A stretch of DNA of 64,000 bases from an uncultured virus (IMG/VR IMGVR_UViG_3300035180_002914) (lineage: Duplodnaviria; Heunggongvirae; Uroviricota; Caudoviricetes), in IMG/VR virus record IMGVR_UViG_3300035180_002914. The stretch is one strand, 5' to 3'. Every line of letters begins with the position of its first letter. The first letter of the stretch is position 1. The translations under genes were made by a program, and so were the position numbers. Positions 58,974 through 64,000 of the stretch are shown here, piece by piece. The notes under the pieces were generated by a model. That model was not told the DNA's origin. It did no database searches and saw nothing but the letters and a program-made list of their open reading frames with translations.

Positions 58974-60503
58974 ATGATTGTTAATAAGCAGTTCTCAAAT
59001 ATTCCGGAAATAGGTGTTAATGAGCTTGAGGTAATATATCAAGATATAATTCCTCCTCAACTTAGAGATACAAGTCCGGTTCTTTATGACTTATTCTTTC
59101 TCTTTTTGAGATACATAGAACCAACAACAAGAATTTCTTTTGATTTTAATCTTAAAAATAATGAATATTTTGATACAATAGATCTTCAAGCGTTCAAAAG
59201 AAATATTGTAAATATGTTTCTTAATTCATTTAGTGTCGCTTTCTATAAAGGACTAGATGATACTGAGGTTATTAACGACCTAAAAAAATTCTTTACTGCA
59301 ATAGGTCAAGACTTTGTTGATATAGATAGAAATTATCCTTTTAATGACGGTTTCAATTTTACTGAAGACTTGATACTTTTCTCTCAAAAATCTGTAACAG
59401 ATAAAGGTAAAGTAAATCCTTTCTATTACTACGCAAAATTACTTTCTAAAACTAAACTTTCGTTTGACGATGATACTAACTTTTATATAAATGTCGAAGA
59501 AGGAGATAAGCCTTTTAAATATACTGTAGAAGGTTCGCTTAGAAGAGTACTGTTTAACAAAATTATTAAGCCGCTTGTTCACCCTGTTGGATTTAGTTAC
59601 GAGTATGCTAATAAAGTATATAATTTTTTGGAAGATTACTTTGATGTTGAAGAAATTCAATCAAACTTCGTAGTAAGAATATCAGAAGGTCCAAGCGTCA
59701 GGGATTTTTCTTCTGGTGTTTCATTTATATATTACACAAAAGATGGTTTCGGAAAAGATAATTATCTTATAACATACACTGATGGTTCTTATATAAAAAA
59801 GGACGGTTCAGGGAAAATTATCTTCTATTCCAAAGATAACACAGTTCTTTCAGTATTAGAAAGGGCAAAACTTACTGTAAGCTACGACAGAAAGTTTGTA
59901 ACAAGAATAAAAGAAAGTTTATTTGAAAGTTCAAATAAAATCATAAAAATGAACTTCTGGAAATATGGATGTCCGAGATTAGGTGTTGACGAAAAAAAAC
60001 TTGGTGAAAAAGGATTGAAACTTTGCTCATTCCGTATAGGAGGAGGATATACAAAAGAGTTATTTGTTTACTCAGAAGACTATTTTATTACTTCAGACTC
60101 TTCTGATTCATTAATCACAGCAGAAACATTACAGTTAGAAGAAAATCAAAAAATATCAGAGAAATTTGAAACACACGATACTATAACAAATTTTGGAAAT
60201 ATCTTTAGACTTCGAGATAAAATGGCTAGAGGTCATTATTTAGGAGAAGACGGATTAAAACTTAACGATAAGAAACGCCCTGTTATTATTCATCCATATG
60301 AAGAAGTTATGTTCCCGTATGCATCTGTTGATGTTAAAGTTCTATCAGTTAAAAGTTATGGTTTGTTTGAAAGAATGACCACAGGCTATTATTTGGGCGA
60401 AGGAATAAGACTTAACGACCCTAAATATCCTGTTAAAGTTCTTCCATACGAAAATGTTTTGTTCCCAAATTCAACTATTGATTTTGAAATACGTAAGAAA
60501 TAA
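58974..60503 (+). CDS. Baseplate wedge protein (gp7-like)
   Basis: KG...IKPLVHPVGF motif; follows gp6. Confidence 0.65.
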   Translation: MIVNKQFSNIPEIGVNELEVIYQDIIPPQLRDTSPVLYDLFFLFLRYIEPTTRISFDFNLKNNEYFDTIDLQAFKRNIVNMFLNSFSVAFYKGLDDTEVINDLKKFFTAIGQDFVDIDRNYPFNDGFNFTEDLILFSQKSVTDKGKVNPFYYYAKLLSKTKLSFDDDTNFYINVEEGDKPFKYTVEGSLRRVLFNKIIKPLVHPVGFSYEYANKVYNFLEDYFDVEEIQSNFVVRISEGPSVRDFSSGVSFIYYTKDGFGKDNYLITYTDGSYIKKDGSGKIIFYSKDNTVLSVLERAKLTVSYDRKFVTRIKESLFESSNKIIKMNFWKYGCPRLGVDEKKLGEKGLKLCSFRIGGGYTKELFVYSEDYFITSDSSDSLITAETLQLEENQKISEKFETHDTITNFGNIFRLRDKMARGHYLGEDGLKLNDKKRPVIIHPYEEVMFPYASVDVKVLSVKSYGLFERMTTGYYLGEGIRLNDPKYPVKVLPYENVLFPNSTIDFEIRKK

Positions 60504-60532
60504 ATAAAGAATAAAGTTAAAGGAGAAAAATC

Positions 60533-61153
60533 TTGAAAGAAGAAATGAAAGCAAGAGGTTATTTTAAAATTGAGTCTCTTGATAAAGATGGAAATATTAT
60601 TGATACATATGAAGACAATAATCTTGTTGTTGTAAATGCTAGAATCTATATGGCTAAAGTAATAGCAGGACAAGTAACAAATGCAGTTGGTATTTCAAGA
60701 TTTGTTATTGGTACAGATGGTTACGGCACTAATCTTATGACTCCTCTTAATGTCGGCGATAAATTTACAAAAGGACAACAAACAGAAATATTTGATGAAA
60801 ATAGAAATCAACTGATTTCTCAATCATTTAATGACTATTACTATACTGTTGATTTTACAGATCCGGGCGCAAATGGTTATGCGACAAATGTTTCTGGAAT
60901 AGGTAACGGCGAAAAAAATTCATCTGCTTCTCCAAGTGTAAATGTAAATGCTGCCGGAACAGTTTTAACATTTGTTGTTATTCTTCCGTCTGATGTTGCA
61001 AACGGTTCAAACGATTCTGCGGCATTTACTGAAGCTGGTTTATTTTTTAAAACTTCTGGAACATCATATAATATGTTTGCTATGAAGACATTTCCAGTTA
61101 AAGCTAAAGACTCTTCGGTTGAACACAAAATAACTTGGACAATCTATTTCTAA
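60533..61153 (+). CDS. Baseplate/collar structural protein
   Basis: NLVV, FTEAGLF...MFAMKTFPVKAK...ITWTIYF. Confidence 0.7.
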   Translation: MKEEMKARGYFKIESLDKDGNIIDTYEDNNLVVVNARIYMAKVIAGQVTNAVGISRFVIGTDGYGTNLMTPLNVGDKFTKGQQTEIFDENRNQLISQSFNDYYYTVDFTDPGANGYATNVSGIGNGEKNSSASPSVNVNAAGTVLTFVVILPSDVANGSNDSAAFTEAGLFFKTSGTSYNMFAMKTFPVKAKDSSVEHKITWTIYF

Positions 61154-61169
61154 ATACTAGGACAACACT

Positions 61170-62315
61170 ATGATAACGACTGTACAAGAATTTTATCAAA
61201 ATTATATGATGAAAGACGGTGATTTGCTCGCCGAAGAACTTCTCAATAAACCTTTTTTTCGACTGAAATATGAATTACAAGCTCTTATTTCGTTTTTCAA
61301 GCTCGATAATGTTCCTGATTGGAATTCAACAACATATTACAAAGAATCTGATGCTGTATTTTATAATAATCGTTTTTGGGTGTGTATAAAACCTTCAAGA
61401 GGTTCTGCTCCGGATTCGAATAGTTCTAATTGGGTATTAAGTTCTTTTGATGTTTTAACAGGAGCAAAAATAGCGATCGAAACCGAAGAACACATTATCA
61501 GTGGAGTAACAAACAGTGTCGCTTTTACAAATTTTCCTAGAGTAGTATTTCTAAACGGTTTTTTACTTGATTCAAGTGAATATAGAGTTAATGATGATAA
61601 TACGGTAACTTTAATTTCAAAATATTTCAATTTAGATGATATTGTTACAGCCATAATAACAAGTAACACAATAAACGAGACGAATTCTCCTATTGTTGGA
61701 ATCGAAGAACATATCTCTGACGGAAAATCGAATAGTATTACTTTCACAAATACTCCTAAAATATTATTTGTAAACAGCGTAATGATTAGTTCAAGCGAGT
61801 ATAGTATAAATGGTAATACTGTAACATTCACTTCAACTCTCGATCCGGGAATTGTTGTTTCGAGTTTAATAATAAGTAATACGACAAACGGAGCAAATTT
61901 TACAATTACAACTGAAGAATTTACTTCTAATGGACAATCAAATTTTGTTACTTTTACTAATGACCCTAATTTAGTATTTTTAAATGGCGCTTTGCTCAAT
62001 TTAAACGAATACAATATAAATAACAATTTTGTATCTTTTCTTCCAGGAGTTCTCAAGTCAGGCGATATTATTTCGTTTGTTTCAATAAGAAATTCAATAA
62101 ACAAAATAAAAAAACACGAACATACTTATATTGCTTCTGAAGATAATAATGTAATTTCTGTTCCATCAGATATGGATTTGACTTCTATTTTCGTTTATAG
62201 AAACGGTGTCATTTTGAGAAGTTTAACATATACTGTTAATAATCACACAAAAGAAATTTCATTCATTCCTGGTACTCTATCAGACGGCGATTGGGTTCTA
62301 ATACAAGTTGTCTAA
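61170..62315 (+). CDS. Baseplate/fibre protein with CBM-like WN..TYY motif and repeated VFLNG domains
   Basis: Four VFLNG..L...EY-type repeats. Confidence 0.65.
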   Translation: MITTVQEFYQNYMMKDGDLLAEELLNKPFFRLKYELQALISFFKLDNVPDWNSTTYYKESDAVFYNNRFWVCIKPSRGSAPDSNSSNWVLSSFDVLTGAKIAIETEEHIISGVTNSVAFTNFPRVVFLNGFLLDSSEYRVNDDNTVTLISKYFNLDDIVTAIITSNTINETNSPIVGIEEHISDGKSNSITFTNTPKILFVNSVMISSSEYSINGNTVTFTSTLDPGIVVSSLIISNTTNGANFTITTEEFTSNGQSNFVTFTNDPNLVFLNGALLNLNEYNINNNFVSFLPGVLKSGDIISFVSIRNSINKIKKHEHTYIASEDNNVISVPSDMDLTSIFVYRNGVILRSLTYTVNNHTKEISFIPGTLSDGDWVLIQVV

Positions 62316-62739
62316 GTTCTGTCAAGGTACTTATGTACCAAAAAATCCCCAGAAATACGCTGGGGATGTCTCTAAAATCTACTATCGCTCTTCTTGGGAA
62401 AAACTCTTTATGTGTTGGTGTGATTTTACCGACGCTGTAGTAAAATGGGCAAGCGAAGAAATTGTTATACCATATCTATATACAATAGACAACAAAATCC
62501 ACAGGTATTTTCCCGATTTTTATGTTGAGATAGAAAAGAACGGTATAATTGAAAAATACCTTATAGAAATAAAACCTTCAAAAGATATGCAAATCAAAGC
62601 TACAAAAAATAAAAAAAGACTAGTCGAGAACGCTATCACTGTAGAACAAAATAGATGTAAATGGGAAGCAGCTCAAAAATTTTGTGAAGAAAATGGTATA
62701 ACATTTAAAGTTCTCACCGAAAAAGATTTACCTGTGTGA
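62308..62739 (+). CDS. gp4: Head completion nuclease
   Basis: PKNPQKY.GD...YRSSWE, WASEE..IPY, HRYFPDF, IEIKP, KWEAA. Confidence 0.93.
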   Translation: MSKFCQGTYVPKNPQKYAGDVSKIYYRSSWEKLFMCWCDFTDAVVKWASEEIVIPYLYTIDNKIHRYFPDFYVEIEKNGIIEKYLIEIKPSKDMQIKATKNKKRLVENAITVEQNRCKWEAAQKFCEENGITFKVLTEKDLPV

Positions 62740-62793
62740 TTATTTTAAACCTTTATTATTTATAATTCTATGTTCTAAAAAAGGAGAATTCGT

Positions 62794-62979
62794 ATGGAAA
62801 TAAGAAAAATTTCAGAGTGTAAAAGAGACTGTGTTGGTCAAAAAATCGAAGGTTCTAACCACAAAAAAAGAACTGAGAAAGGTGTTGGTATGTATGTCAT
62901 CATAGAAAACAACGGTAGAGGCGGAAGAAGAACCTCTAGAACAGTTCATTGTAGAGAAAAGGACTTACCGAGAGGTTAA
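62794..62979 (+). CDS. Small basic hypothetical protein
   Basis: AAGGAG RBS and TATAAT upstream. Confidence 0.55.
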   Translation: MEIRKISECKRDCVGQKIEGSNHKKRTEKGVGMYVIIENNGRGGRRTSRTVHCREKDLPRG

Positions 62980-62981
62980 TC

Positions 62982-63506
62982 TTAACCTCTCTTTTTCATA
63001 GCCTTTGATGCTCTTGCGAATAAGACTTCTCCTTTAGGCGCTCCTTTTATGAAAGTCTCTACTCTTAGTTCTATTGCTTGTTGATGAAGATTGAAAGGGA
63101 TTTTAACACCTCTTTTACTTATTCTTTTTCTTATATAAAGTCTTAAAACAGGTTTTCCTAGCTTTAAAACGAATTTTCTTATTTGACTCCAGCTAAAAAC
63201 AATCCTTTGTTGTTTTTCTATTTCTTTTCCGTATAGAGAAAAGAGATATTGATATAAAATTTTTCTTCTTCTTACAGGTAGATAATGGAAATTTAATCCC
63301 AAAAGATAGTTTGATGACAGCCTGAGACAGAATACCATTGGAGTTCTATCCCATCTATTAGTTTTATCTTTAGCATCGTATGTAAAGAAAACAAGGTTTC
63401 CTGGAGCAAGATTCTTATTATCCAGAGGTCTTGTCTCTTTCATAATAAGACTTCTTACCATTCTTAATGATGCTTCAGCCGATAATTGGTCCTTAGTTTT
63501 TTTCAT
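62982..63506 (-). CDS. gp2: DNA end protector protein
   Basis: PGNLVFFTYDAK...WDRTP...GLNFHYLP. Confidence 0.88.
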   Translation of the reverse strand: MKKTKDQLSAEASLRMVRSLIMKETRPLDNKNLAPGNLVFFTYDAKDKTNRWDRTPMVFCLRLSSNYLLGLNFHYLPVRRRKILYQYLFSLYGKEIEKQQRIVFSWSQIRKFVLKLGKPVLRLYIRKRISKRGVKIPFNLHQQAIELRVETFIKGAPKGEVLFARASKAMKKRG

Positions 63507-63566
63507 AATTTTAAACTTCTTTAAGGTAAAATAATATCAATATATTATTTATAGGAATTAAAATTA

Positions 63567-64000
63567 ATGGCGGTTTATTTAAAAGAAGAAGATCTACTTT
63601 TAGAACTTCGAAAATGTAAGGAAGATCCAAAACATTCAAAGGAAGCTCTAGGTGAAATGTTTATTTCAATAGCAAACAATATGACGAGGATGCCTAGTTT
63701 CTCCAATTATTCTGACCTATGGAAAGCCGATATGATTTCAAATGCTGTTATGAGATGCCTTCTTTATTATAGAAATTTTGACGAATCTAAGATTAGTAAA
63801 AGAACTAATAAACCAGTAAAAGCCTTTGCATATCTTACTGAGATTTGCTTTAAATCATTTGTTGAAGTAATAAATCAGAAAAGACGAAATGAAAAAATAA
63901 TGGAAAGAAGCATAGAGATATCACAGCTTGATGAAGTAATCAAAGAATATGGAAAAAAGCTTCTAAGAAAAAGTTATGAAGAAGAGGAAGAGATTGTTCC
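63567..64000 (+). CDS. gp55: Late transcription sigma factor, truncated by window edge
   Basis: Not in the ORF track; MAVYLKEEDLL...LGEMFISIA...FSNYS...DMIS.A...NFDE...AFAYLTEICFKSF. Confidence 0.9.
   Translation, partial: MAVYLKEEDLLLELRKCKEDPKHSKEALGEMFISIANNMTRMPSFSNYSDLWKADMISNAVMRCLLYYRNFDESKISKRTNKPVKAFAYLTEICFKSFVEVINQKRRNEKIMERSIEISQLDEVIKEYGKKLLRKSYEEEEEIV

Noticed and set aside
61361..62104. 247-aa antisense ORF and other short antisense ORFs in the track
   Set aside because: Fully overlap well-supported sense genes; no RBS or recognisable motifs.

Overview
AT-rich segment of a large T4-like myovirus genome; the promoter style suggests a Campylobacterota host (inference). From left to right it holds: replication and recombination genes (topoisomerase II gp39/gp52, UvsY, UvsW, gp45 clamp, gp32 SSB, RNase H, gp61 primase, a primase-polymerase/SF2 helicase), two gp23/gp24-like capsid paralogs, a tail sheath gene split by a group I intron carrying an HNH endonuclease, a fibre/adhesin cluster with a 3545-aa nested beta-propeller protein, neck/tube/baseplate genes, gp4, gp2 and the start of the gp55 late sigma factor. 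The most notable signals are: (1) one TnpB with intact catalytic residues plus three covarying omegaRNA scaffolds with three different guides, two of them free-standing with their own promoters; (2) a fully resolvable group I intron in gp18 with its endonuclease in the P1 loop; (3) a giant NHL/Kelch protein apparently inserted inside a small anchor domain; (4) a predicted -1 frameshift fusing gp26 to a gp51-like ORF; (5) an unannotated pilin-like gene with an ACG start; (6) structured late-gene leaders; (7) apparent CATG avoidance. All family calls come from motif recognition by eye; no searches were run.
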